A stretch of 64,000 bases of DNA from Eledone cirrhosa (Eukaryota), in contig OZ024753.1 of the NCBI GenBank assembly GCA_964016885.1, positions 26,660,001 to 26,724,000 of the forward strand, written 5' to 3'. The position numbers and the translations under genes are program-made. Every line of letters starts with the position of its first letter. Within the stretch, counting starts at the first letter, position 1. Below are positions 40,001-50,285 of this stretch, piece by piece. The notes under the pieces are model-generated. The model worked only from the letters and a program-made list of their open reading frames with translations. It did no database searches and had not been told where the DNA came from.

Positions 40001-40591
40001 GGTTGGGGCTAGCGTTGGGGATAGGGTTGGTGTTAGAGTTAGGGTTAGAGTTAGGGTTGGGGTTAGAGTTAGGGTTAGAGTTAGGGTTGGGGTTAGGGTT
40101 AGTGTTGGGGTTAGCTTTAGGGTTAGCGTTGGGGTTAGGGTTAGGGTTAACGTTGGGGTTAGGGTTAGGGTTAGAGTTATCGTTTTGGTTAGGGTCAGGG
40201 TTAGGTGTCGGTTTAGGGTTATGGTTTGGGCTTAGGGTTAGGGTTAGTGTTAGGGTTTGGATCAGGGTTACGGTTAGGTTTAGGGTTAGGGTTTGGGTTA
40301 GGGTTATTGTTAGGGTTAGGGTTAGGTTTATGGTTATGGTTATAGTTAGTGTTAGTTTTAGGGTTTGGATTAGGGTTAGGGTTAGGGTGTGCGTTAGCGT
40401 TAGGGTTAGGGTTAGGGTTAGGGTTAGTGTTAGTGTTAGGATTAGGGTTAGGTTTAGGATTAGGGTTTGTGTTAGGGTTAGCGTTACGGTTAGTGTTAGG
40501 GTTGTGGTTGGGGTGGGGCTGGGGTGGGGGTGGGGTGCGGGTTAAGGTTGGGGTTAGGGTTGAGTTTCGGGTTAGGTTTAGGGTTAGGGTT

Positions 40592-43015
40592 AGTCAGTTA
40601 GATTTTATCCTCATCAGAGGACGTGACAGATGGACGGTCGTAAACACAAAAGCCTTCCCTAGTGAGGAATGTACATCCCAACATAGCTTAGTTGTCAGCG
40701 ACCTCACGGTCAGAACTAGACGAGCCCTGAAACAGAGGCCAACCTGGAGAAGAAAGATCTGGAAGCTGAAAGTCCCCTCAACCAGTAACAGATTTAAAGA
40801 TATTTTACTCAACGCCTACGACAGTAAAGAAGAACAGATAGAGACATTTAACGTAGAAGAGAACTGGGAGTTCCTAAAAAATAACTTACTAGAGGCGACG
40901 GATGAGGTTTGTGGCTGGAGTAAGACCTCAAGCAGGAGGAGAGTGACTTGGTGGTGGAACAATAAGGTAGATGAAGCAGTCAAGGCCAAGAGACAGGCAT
41001 GGAAAGAATGGAAGAACGGGGGGAGCAGGGTACATTACATAGAGACCAAGAGGGAAGCTAGGCGACAAGTATACTTAGCTAGGAGGGAAGCAGAGGATAG
41101 AAAATTCAAGCATGTTTTACAACGTGAGGACCAGAAACAGGAGGTATTCAAGATTGCGAGGCAGTGTGTCAGAGATAGTTGTGATGTCATTGGAGAGAAG
41201 TGTATCCGGAATGATAAAGGTGAGCTTGCCCTCACAAGTGCTGAGAAGAAAGATGCATGGAAGAGTCATTATGATAGATTACTAAATGAGGAGAATGCAT
41301 GGGAAGAAGAGACCCTACCCCACGTAGACCCTATAGAGGGACCAGCAGTACAAGTCAGCGGCAGCGTAGTAAGTAAGGCAATCAGAGATATGAAGATAGG
41401 GAAGGCAACCGGTCCATCGGGTATAGCTGCCGAGATGCTGAAGGCATCTGGGTCTGTAGGTCACACTATAACCACACGTATCGTTAACCAGGTAATACTA
41501 GAGAGGGCCATACCAAAAGATTGGTGCAGTAGCATCATTGTCAACTGCTACAAAGGTAAAGGCGATGCACTAGATAGAGGAAACTATAGAGGTATAAAGT
41601 TGATGGACCAGGTCATGAAAGTAACAGAAAGAGTTATAGCACAGCTGATTAGGGACCGGGTGAATATAGACGAGATGCAATTTGGGTTTGTTCCAGGGAA
41701 AGGCACCACTGATGCGCTCTTCCTTGTGAGGCAATTACAGGAAAAGTACCTAGCTAAAAGTAAGCCACTCTACTTGGCATTTGTCGACCTTGAGAAAGCC
41801 TTTGACAGAGTTCCACGTGCAGTAATCTGGTGGGCTCTTAGAAAACTAGGAGTAGATGAATGGCTTGTGAAAGCGGTACAAGCCATGTATAGGGGAGCAG
41901 TCAGCAAAGTTAGGATTGGCAATGAGTATAGCGAGGAATTTAGCGTACAGGTTGGGGTCCACCAGGGCTCTGTTCTTAGCCCTCTCCTGTTCATCATAGT
42001 CCTGCAGGCAATAACGGAGGAGTTTAAGACCGGATGCCCATGGGAACTCCTGTATGCTGATGACCTCGCACTCATAGCTGAATCTATGGTAGAACTAGAG
42101 AATAAATTCCAAACCTGGAAGCAGGGACTAGAGAGAAAGGGCCTCAAAGTCAACATGACAAAGACTAAGGTCCTTATAAGTAGACGAGAAAACAGAACCC
42201 AGATCCCCTCAGGGAAATGGCCTTGCTCAGTATGTAGGAAAGGTGTAGGTAGGAACTCCATTCTTTGCCCCAAATGCAAACAATGGGTACACAAGAGATG
42301 TAGCGGGATCTCAGGAAGCTTAATTAAGAATGTAGGATTCACATGCAGCAGCTGTGCTGAAACAGCAAGCAAACAGCCACAGGAAACAAGTACCACCAAT
42401 CTCTGGGAGGGCCCTGTAGAAACAGTAGACAGCTTCTGCTACCTAGGTGACCGAATTAGCAACGGAGGTGGGTGCTCAGAAAGTACAATAACTAGGGTAA
42501 GAACGGGATGGAAGAAGTTTAGGGAACTACTACCACTGCTAGCTGCAAAAGGCTTCTCCCTCAGAATGAAAGGCAGACTGTATGATGCGTGTATCCGAAC
42601 AGCGATGTTGCATGGTAGTGAGACCTGGGCGCTGAAGGTGGAAGACTTACGTAGATTAGAGAGAAACGAAGCCTGCATGCTCCGATGGATGTGTAACAGT
42701 AATATACGTGAACGACAAAGCATAAATGAATTGAGAGAGAGACTGAGCATAAGAGGAATCAAATGCTGCGTGCAGGAGAGGCGGTTACGCTGGTATGGAC
42801 ATGTGATGCGTATGAAGGATGACAGCTGCATAAAAAGGTGCAGAGCACTAGAAGTTGATGGAAACCGCGGAGTGGGGAGACCCAAGATGACTTGGGATGA
42901 GGTGATAAAAGCCGACCTTACCCAACTACACCTCTCAAAGTCAATGACACACGACCGTGACTTCTGGCGTCACGCAGTAATACAGGGTACCCGACCTCCC
43001 ATGGGTACATGCTGA
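40592..43015 (+). CDS. Retrotransposon ORF, N-terminally truncated (807 open codons): APE remnant + reverse transcriptase + PHD-like zinc finger
   Basis: RT motifs [57 protein letters not shown] (42053-42064), [10 protein letters not shown] and FCYLG, with no stop or frameshift. The ORF-track start at 40349 is a GTG in the repeat, not the native start; the first in-frame ATG is at 41390. Confidence 0.92.
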   Translation, partial: SQLDFILIRGRDRWTVVNTKAFPSEECTSQHSLVVSDLTVRTRRALKQRPTWRRKIWKLKVPSTSNRFKDILLNAYDSKEEQIETFNVEENWEFLKNNLLEATDEVCGWSKTSSRRRVTWWWNNKVDEAVKAKRQAWKEWKNGGSRVHYIETKREARRQVYLARREAEDRKFKHVLQREDQKQEVFKIARQCVRDSCDVIGEKCIRNDKGELALTSAEKKDAWKSHYDRLLNEENAWEEETLPHVDPIEGPAVQVSGSVVSKAIRDMKIGKATGPSGIAAEMLKASGSVGHTITTRIVNQVILERAIPKDWCSSIIVNCYKGKGDALDRGNYRGIKLMDQVMKVTERVIAQLIRDRVNIDEMQFGFVPGKGTTDALFLVRQLQEKYLAKSKPLYLAFVDLEKAFDRVPRAVIWWALRKLGVDEWLVKAVQAMYRGAVSKVRIGNEYSEEFSVQVGVHQGSVLSPLLFIIVLQAITEEFKTGCPWELLYADDLALIAESMVELENKFQTWKQGLERKGLKVNMTKTKVLISRRENRTQIPSGKWPCSVCRKGVGRNSILCPKCKQWVHKRCSGISGSLIKNVGFTCSSCAETASKQPQETSTTNLWEGPVETVDSFCYLGDRISNGGGCSESTITRVRTGWKKFRELLPLLAAKGFSLRMKGRLYDACIRTAMLHGSETWALKVEDLRRLERNEACMLRWMCNSNIRERQSINELRERLSIRGIKCCVQERRLRWYGHVMRMKDDSCIKRCRALEVDGNRGVGRPKMTWDEVIKADLTQLHLSKSMTHDRDFWRHAVIQGTRPPMGTC

Positions 43016-43062
43016 AGCATATAAACAATATGCCCCCCCCCCCCACCGCAAGGTGGTCGTGG

Positions 43063-43147
43063 AGGTGCCACGGCAAAAAAGCACCCAGCCCACACTGTAA
43101 AGTGGACGTGTAGGCGCCACGAAAAAGCACCCAGCACTCACTGTAAA
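43063..43147 (+). repeat. Imperfect ~37-bp direct repeat pair in the RTE 3'UTR
   Basis: AGGTGCCACGGCAAAAAAGCACCCAGCCCACACTGTAAA (43063-43101) and AGGCGCCACGAAAAAGCACCCAGCACTCACTGTAAA (43112-43147). Confidence 0.85.
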
Positions 43148-43297
43148 TGAGGTTGGTGTTAGGAAGGGCATCCAGCTGTAGAAATCAAGCCAGATCAGTT
43201 CCTGTATGAGCAAGGCATGGTCAGCCGACCAGACACTGCCCACAACAGGACAACCCGTCTAACCCATGCTAGCGTGGAAGAACGGACGTAAAACGGT

Positions 43298-43318
43298 GAT
43301 GATGATGATGATGATGAT
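43298..43318 (+). repeat. (GAT)7 3' tail of the retrotransposon
   Basis: Seven GAT units directly before telomere-like repeats resume; the last GAT may be target-derived. Confidence 0.95.
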
Positions 43319-46300
43319 AGTGTTAGAGTTAGGGTTGGGGTTAGTGTTAGGCTTAGGGTTAGGGTTAGTGTTAAGGGTAGTGTTAGGGTTGCGGTTGCAG
43401 TTGTGATTGGGGTTGGGGCTAGCGTTGGGGATAGGGTTGGGGTTAGAGTTAGGGTTAGAGTTAGGGTTGGGGTTAGAGTTAGGGTTAGAGTTAGGGTTGG
43501 GGTTAGGGTTAGCGTTGGGGTTAGGTTTAGGGTTAGCGTTGGGGTTAGGGTTAGGGTTAGCGTTGGGGTTAGTGTTAGGGTAGAGTTATCGTTTGGGTTA
43601 GGGTCAGGGTTAGGTGTCGGTTTAGGGTTATGGTTTTGGGTTAGGGTTAGGGTTAGTGTTAGGGTTTGGATCAGGGTTACGGTTAGGTTTAGGGTTAGGG
43701 TTTGGGTTAGGGTTAGTGTTAAGGTTTGGGTTAGGGTGTGGGTTAGGGTTAGGTTTTGGGTTAGGGTTATTGTTTGGGTTAGGGTTAGGTTTATGGTTAG
43801 GGTTAGGGCTAGTGTTAAGGTTTGGGTTAGGGTGTGCGTTAGTGTTAGGGTTAGGGTTAGGGTTAGGGTTAGTGTTAGTGTTAGGATAAGGGTTAGGTTT
43901 AGGGTTAGGGTTTGGGTTAGGGTTAGCGTTACGGTTAGTGTTAGGGTTGGGATTGGGGTGGGGATGGGGTTGGGTTGGGGTGCGGGTTATATTTGGGGTT
44001 AGTGTTAGCGTTGTGGGTAGGGTTATGATTACGGTTGCAGTTGTGGTTGCGGTTGGGGCTAGCGTTGGGGATAGGGTCGGGGTTAGAGTTAGGGTTAGAG
44101 TTAGGGTTGGGGTTAGGGTTAGCGTTGGGGTTAGGGTTAGGGTTAGGATTAGGGTTTGGGTTAGGGTTAGGTTTAGAGTTATCGGTTGGGTTAGGGTTAG
44201 GGTTAGGGGTAGGGTTAGGGTTATGGTTTTGGGTTAGGGTTAGTGTTAGGGTTAGGGTTAGGGTTAGGGTTAGGGTTAGGGTTGGTGTTAATGTTAGTGT
44301 TACGTTTCGGTTTGGGGTTGAGGTTGGGGTTAGCGTTGGGGATAGTGTTAGGATTAGGGTTTGGGTTAGGGTTAGGGTTTGGGTTAGTGTTAGGGTTAGG
44401 TTTAGGGTTAGCGTTAGGGTAAGGGTTAGGGTTTGGTTTAAGTTTAGGGTTAGGGTTAAGGTTATGGTTTGGGTTATGGAGGGTTAGGGCTAGGGTTTGG
44501 GTTATGGAGGGTCAGGGTTAGGGTTAGGGTTATCGTTTGGGTTAGGGTTAGGTTTAGGGTTTGTGTTAGGGTTAGTGTTAGGGTTAGGTTTAGTGTTAGG
44601 CTTTGGGTTAGGGTTAGGGTTAGGGTTAGGGTTAGTGTTAAGGGTAGGGTTAGGGTTGCGGTTGCAGTTGTGATTGGGGTTGGGGCTAGCGTTGGGGATA
44701 GGGTTGGGGTTAGAGTTAGGGTTAGAGTTAGGGTTGGGGTTAGTGTTAGCATTGGGGTTAGGTTTAGGTTTAGCGTTGGGGTTAGGGTTAGGGTTAGCGT
44801 TGGGGATAGGGTTAGGGTTAGAGTTAGGGTTAGAGTTAGGGTTGGGGTTATAGTTAGGGTTAGGTTTAGAGTTAGGGTTGGGGTTAGGGTTAGCGTTGGG
44901 GTTAGGTTTAGGGTTAGCGTTGGGGTTGGGGTTAGGGTTAGCGTTGGGGTTTGGGTTAGGGTTATCGTTTGGGCTAGGGTTAGGGTTAGGTGTAGGTTTA
45001 GGCTCATGGTTTTGGGTTAGGGTTAGGGTTAGTGTTAGGGTTTGGATCAGGGTTACGGTTAGGTTTAGGGTTAGGGTTTGGGTCAGGGTTAGTGTTAAGG
45101 TTTGCGTTAGGGTGTGGGTTAGGGTTAGGTTTTGGGTTAGGGTTATTGTTAGGGTTAGGGTTAGGTTTATGGTTAGGGTTAGCGTTAGTGTTAGTGTTAC
45201 GGTTTGGATTAGGTTTAGGGTTAGTGTTAGGCTTTGGGTTTGGGTTTGGGTTAGGGTTTTGGTTTTGGGTTTGGTTTCGGGTTAGGGTTAGGGTTAGTGT
45301 TAAGGTTTGGGTTAGGGTGTGCGTCAGTGTTAGGGTTAGGGTTAGTGTTAGGATTAGGGTTATGTTTAGGGTTAGTGTTTGTGTTAGGGTTAGCGTTATG
45401 GTTAGTGTTAGGGTTGGGGTTGGGGATAGGGTTTGGGTTAGGTTTAGGGTTAGGGTTAAGGTTAGGGTTTGGGTTATGGAGGGTTAGGGCTAGGATTTGG
45501 GTTATGGAGGGTCAGGGTTAGGGTTAGGGTTATCGTTTGGGTTAGGGTTAGGTTTAGGGTTAGTGTTAGGGTTAGTGTTAGGGTTAGGTTTAGGGTTAAG
45601 GTTAGGGTTAGGGTTTGGGTTAGGTTTAGGGTTACGGTTAGGGTTACGGTTTGAGTTTGGTTTAGGTTTAAGGTTAGGGTTAGGCTTTGGGTTACGTTTA
45701 GGGTTAGGGTTAGGGTTAGTGTTAGGCTTTGGGTTAGGGTTGCGGTTTCAGTTGTGATTGGTGTTGGGGCTAGCGTTGGGGATAGGGTTGGTGTTAGCGT
45801 TAGGGTTAGAGTTAGGGTTAGAGTTAGGGTTAGAGTTAGGGTTGGGGTTAGGGTTAGCGTTGGGGTTAGGTTTAGGTTTAGCGTTGGGGTTAGGGTTAGG
45901 GTTAGCGTTGGGGTTAGGGTTAGGGTTAGAGTTAGGGTTAGAGTTAGGGTTGGGGTTAGAGTTAGGGTTAGGGATAGAGTTAGGGTTGGAGTTAGGGATA
46001 GCGTTGGGGTTAGGTTTAGGGTTAGCGTTGGGGTTAGGGTTAGGGTTAGCTTTGGGGTTAGGGTTAGAGTTGTCGTTTGGGTTAGGGTTGGGGTTAGGTG
46101 TCGGTTTAGGGTTATGGTTTTGGATTAGGGTTAGGGTTAGTGTTAGGGTTTGGATCAGGGTTACTGTTAGGTTTAGGGTTAGGGTTTGGGTTAGGGTTAG
46201 TGTTAAATTTTGGGTTAGGGTGTGGGTTAGGTTTTGGGTTAGGGTTATTATTAGGGTTAGGGTTAGGTTTATGGTTAGGATTAGCGTTAGTGTTAGTGTT

Positions 46301-49300
46301 AGGGTTTGGATTAGGGTTAGGGTTAGTGTTAAGCTTTGGGTTTGGGTTTGGGTTAGGGCTTGGTTTCGGGTTTGGTTTCGGGTTAGGGTTAGGGTTAATG
46401 TTAAGGTTTGTGTTAGGGTGTGCGTTAGTGTTAGAGTTAGGGTTAGTGTTAGGATTAGGGTTAGGTTTAGGGTTAGGGTTTGGGTTAGGGTTAGCGTTAC
46501 GGTTAGTGTTAAGGTTTGGGTTGGGGTTAGGGTTTGGGTTAGGTTTTGGGTTAGGGTTAAGGCTAGGGTTTGGGTTATGGAGGGTTAGGGCTAGGGTTTG
46601 GGTTAATGTTAAGGTTTGTGTTAGGGTGTGCGTTAGTGTTAGAGTTAGGGTTAGTGTTAGGATTAGGGTTAGGTTTAGGGTTAGGGTTTGGGTTAGGGTT
46701 AGCGTTACGGTTAGTGTTAAGGTTTGGGTTGGGGTTAGGGTTTGGGTTAGGTTTTGGGTTAGGGTTAAGGCTAGGGTTTGGGTTATGGAGGGTTAGGGCT
46801 AGGGTTTGGGTTATGGAGGGTCAGGGTTAGGGTTAGGGTTATCGTTTGGGTTAGGGTTAGGTTCAGGGTTAGTGTTAGGGTTAGTGTTAGGGTTAGGTTT
46901 AGGGTTAGGGTTAGGGTTAGGGTTTGGGTTAGGTTTAGGGTTACGGTTAGGGTTACGGTTTGGATTTGGTTTAGGTTTAGGGTTAGGCTTTGGGTTAGGG
47001 TTAGGGTTAGGGTTAGAGTTAGTGTTAAGGGTAGGGTTAGGGTTGCGGTTGCAGTTGTGATTGGGGTTGGGGCTAGCGTTGGGGATAGGGTTGGGGTTAG
47101 TGTTAGGGTTAGAGTTAGGGTTGGGGTTAGAGTTAGGGTTAGAGTTAGGTTTGGGGTTAGGGTTAGTGTTGGGGTTAGCTTTAGGGTTAGCGTTGGGGTT
47201 AGGGTTAGGGTTAACGTTGGGGTTAGGGTTAGGGTTAGAGTTATCGTTTTGGTTAGGGTCAGGGTTAGGTGTCGGTTTAGGGTTATGGTTTGGGCTTAGG
47301 GTTAGGGTTAGTGTTAGGGTTTGGATCAGGGTTACGGTTAGGTTTAGGGTTAGGGTTTGGGTTAGGGTTATTGTTAGGGTTAGGGTTAGGTTTATGGTTA
47401 TGGTTATAGTTAGTGTTAGTTTTAGGGTTTGGATTAGGGTTAGGGTTAGGGTGTGCGTTAGCGTTAGGGTTAGGGTTAGGGTTAGGGTTAGTGTTAGTGT
47501 TAGGATTAGGGTTAGGTTTAGGATTAGGGTTTGTGTTAGGGTTAGCGTTACGGTTAGTGTTAGGGTTGTGGTTGGGGTGGGGCTGGGGTGGGGGTGGGGT
47601 GCGGGTTAAGGTTGGGGTTAGGGTTGAGTTTCGGGTTAGGTTTAGGGTTAGGGTTAGAGATAGTGTTAGAGTTAGGGTTGGGGTTAGTGTTATCGTTGGG
47701 GTTAGGGTTAGGATTACGGTTGCAGTTGTGGTTGCGGTCGCGGCTAGCGTTGCGGATAGGGTCGGGGTTAGAGTTAGGGTTAGAGTAAGGGTTGGGGTTA
47801 GGGTTAGCGTTGGGGTTAGGGTTAGGATTAGGGTTAGGGTTAGGTTTAGAGTTATCGGTTGGGTTAGGGTTAGGGTTATGGTTTTGGGTTAGTGTTGGGG
47901 TTTGGATTAGGGTTATGGTTAGGGTTTGGGTTTGGGTTAGGCTTAGGGCTTGGGTTTGGTTTCGGGTTAGGGTTAGGGTTAGTGTTAAGATTTGGGTTAG
48001 GGTGTGCGTTAGGGTTGGGGTTAGGGTTAGGGTTTTTTAGGATTAGGGTTACGGTTAGGTTTAGGGTTAGGGTTTGGGTTTGGGTTAGAGTTAGGGTTAG
48101 GGTTAGGGTTCGAGTTAGGGTGAGTGTTAGGGTTTGGTATAGGGTTAAGGCTAGCGTTAGGGTTAGGTTTAGTGTTTGGGTTGGGGTTGGGGTGCGTGAG
48201 TGTTAAGTGGTGGGGGTTAGAGGTGGATTTAGGGTTAGGTTTAGGCTTAAGTTTAGGGTTAGTGTTGGGGTTTGGGTTAGGGTTAGGTTTTGTGTTTGGG
48301 TTAGGTTTAGCTATAGGGTTACGGTTATGGTTAGGGGTAGGGTTAGGGTTTGTGTTAGGGTTAGGGTTAGGGTTTGGGTTTGGATTAGGGTTAGGTATAT
48401 GTTTAGGGTTATTTTTTATGTTAGGGCTCGGGTTAGGATTAGGGTTACGGTTAGGGTTAGGGTTAGGATTTGGGTTAGGTTTATTGTTAGTGTTACTGCT
48501 TGGGTTAGGGTTTGGGTTTGTGTTAGGGTTTGGGTTAAGGTTAGGTTTACGGTTAGTGTTTGGGTTAATGTAAGGGTTAGTGTTAGGGTTACGTTTCCGG
48601 TTGTGGTTGCAGTTGGGGTTTGCGTTGAGGATAGGGTTAGGGTTAGGATTAGGGTTAGGGTTTGGTTTAGGTTTATGGTTAGGGTTAGGGTTAGGGTTAG
48701 GGTTTTCGTTAGGTTTAGGGTTACGGTTAGGGTTACGGTTTGGGTTTGGGTTAGGTTTAGGGTTAGGGTTTGGGTTAGGGTTAGGGTTAGTGTTAGTGTT
48801 AAGTGTAGGGTTAGGGTTGCGGTTGCAGTTGTGATTGGGGTTGGGGCTAGCGTTGGGGATAGGGTTGGGGTTAGAGTTAGGGTTATGGAGGGTTAGGGCT
48901 AGGGTTTGGGTTTGGGTTAGGGTTCAAGTTAGGGTGAGGGTTTGGGTTTGGTTTAGGGCTAGGGCTAGCGTTAGGGTTAGGTTTAGTGTTTGGGTTAGGG
49001 TTACGGTTAGGGTTCGGGTTAGGCATAGGGCTGGGGTGGGGTTGGGTTGCGGATGGGTGTTGGTGTGGGGGTTAGGGGTGGAGTTAGTGTTCGGGTTAAA
49101 GTTAAGGTTAGGGTTAGTGTTGGGGTTTGGGTTTGGGTTAGGGTTAGGTTTTGTGTTTGGGTTAGGGTTAGCGATAGGATTAGTGTTAGGGTTAGGGTTA
49201 GGTTTAGGTTAGGGTTTGGGTTTGGGTTAGGGTTTGGTTTATGTTTAAGGTTATTGTTTATGTTAGGGCTCGGGTTAGAATTAGGGTTAGGGTTAGGGTT

Positions 49301-50285
49301 TGGGTTAGGATTTGGGTTAGGGTTATTGTTAGTGTTACTGCTAGGATTAGGGTTTGGGTTAGGGTTACGGTTAGTGTTTGGGTTAGTGTTAGGGTTAGAG
49401 TTAGGGTTAGTGTTAGTGTTAGGCTTAGTGTTACGTTTCCGTTTGGGGTTGCGGTTGGGGTTAGCGTTCGGGATAGGGTTAGGGTTAGCGTTAGGGTTAG
49501 GGTTAGGGTTTGGGTTAGGTTTAGGGTTAGGGTTACGGTTTGGGTTTGGGTTAGGTTTAGGGTTAGTGTTAGGGTTTGGGTTAGGCTTAGGGTTAGTGTT
49601 AAGGGTTATATTTAGGGTTAGGGTTAGGGTTAGGGTTAGGGTTGAGGTTAGGGTTCGGGTTCGGGTTGGGGTTGAGGTTAGCGTTGGTGATAGGGTTGGT
49701 GTTAGAGTTAGGGTTATGGTTTGGTTTAGGGTTAGGGTTAGGGTTAGAGTTAGGGTTAGTGTTAGTGTTAGGGTTAGGGTTAGGATTACGTTTGCGGTTA
49801 TGTTTGGGGTTGGGGTTATCGTTGAGGATAGGGTTGGGGTTAGAGTTAGGGTTATGGAGGGTTAGGGCTAGGGTTTGGGTTATGGAGGGTTAGGGTTAGG
49901 GTTAGAGATAGGGTTAGGGTTATCGTTTGGGTTAGGGTTAGGTTTAGGTTTAGGGTTAGGGTTAGGGGTAGGGTTGCGCTTAGGGTTAGTCTAGGGTTTG
50001 GGTTAGGTTTGGGGTTAGGGTTAGGGTTGGGATTAGGGTTGTGCTTATGTTTTGGGTTAGGGTTGGGGTTAGGGCAAGTTTTAGGCTTAGGGTGAGGCTT
50101 AGGGTTAGGGTTAGGGTTTGGGTTGGTTATAGGGTTAGGGTTTGGGTTAGGATTAGGGTTAGGTTTATGATTGGGTTTGGGGTTGGTTTGGGGTTGGGGT
50201 TGGTAGTGGGGTTAGGGTTAGGGTTTGCGTTTGGGTTAGGGTTAGGGTTAGGGATAGGTTTTGTGTTAGGGTTAGTGTTAGGGTT
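43319..50285 (+). repeat. Degenerate (TTAGGG)n array
   Basis: Same hexamer variants and words as the left block. Confidence 0.97.
46392..46812 (+). repeat. 208-bp tandem duplication private to the empty copy
   Basis: GGGTTAATGTTAAGGTTTGTGTTAGGGTGTG at 46392 and 46600; single at ~39536 in the RTE-bearing copy. Confidence 0.88.

Larger units (their letters stand above)
1..40593 (+). repeat. Degenerate (TTAGGG)n telomere-like satellite array, left block (open at window start)
   Basis: Continuous in-phase hexamers TTAGGG mixed with TTTGGG, TTAGGT, TTAGTG, TTACGG, TTAGCG, TTGGGG, TTAGAG, TTATGG, ATAGGG, CTAGGG. Pure runs are short (e.g. 8 units at 3123-3170). Confidence 0.98.
40594..43318 (+). 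mobile_element. 5'-truncated non-LTR retrotransposon (LINE), RTE clade
   Basis: Abrupt switch to complex sequence. C-terminal remnant of an APE endonuclease (SQLDFILIR...TSQHSLVV), full RT domain, RTE-like C-terminus ([12 protein letters not shown]...GRPKMTW), ~280-bp 3'UTR and a tandem trinucleotide tail as is typical of RTE elements. Confidence 0.95.
36491..47692 (+). repeat. Tandem duplication: copy 1 (36491-43346) carries the RTE insertion, copy 2 (43347-47692) is empty
   Basis: Offset 6856 (36800/43656, 37082/43938, 38902/45758), then 7064 after a 208-bp duplication (39714/46778, 40349/47413). Shared markers GGCTCATGG, TTATATTTGG and TTAAATTTTGG. Confidence 0.9.

Noticed and set aside
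23-40545. Many long ORFs encoding Val-Arg/Gly-Leu repeats (e.g. 23-2029, 11549-13711, 17362-19800) and antisense Leu-Thr/Asn-Pro repeats
   Set aside because: An automatic consequence of TTAGGG having two stop-free + frames; no domains are present. Dipeptide translation of telomeric RNA cannot be supported from sequence alone.
40349-40591. N-terminal 81 codons of the 888-aa ORF as the native start of the RT protein
   Set aside because: This is array sequence, also present at 47413 without the element; the start is a GTG.
40594-43243. Minus-strand ORFs within the retrotransposon
   Set aside because: Antisense shadows of the RT ORF and 3'UTR with no recognisable motifs.
40594-43318. Telomere-specific retroelement (SART/TRAS, HeT-A/TART, Penelope-like) or telomerase RT
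   Set aside because: Motifs and the (GAT)n tail indicate the RTE clade. It is a single copy inserted at a variant site, with no TERT or Penelope features.
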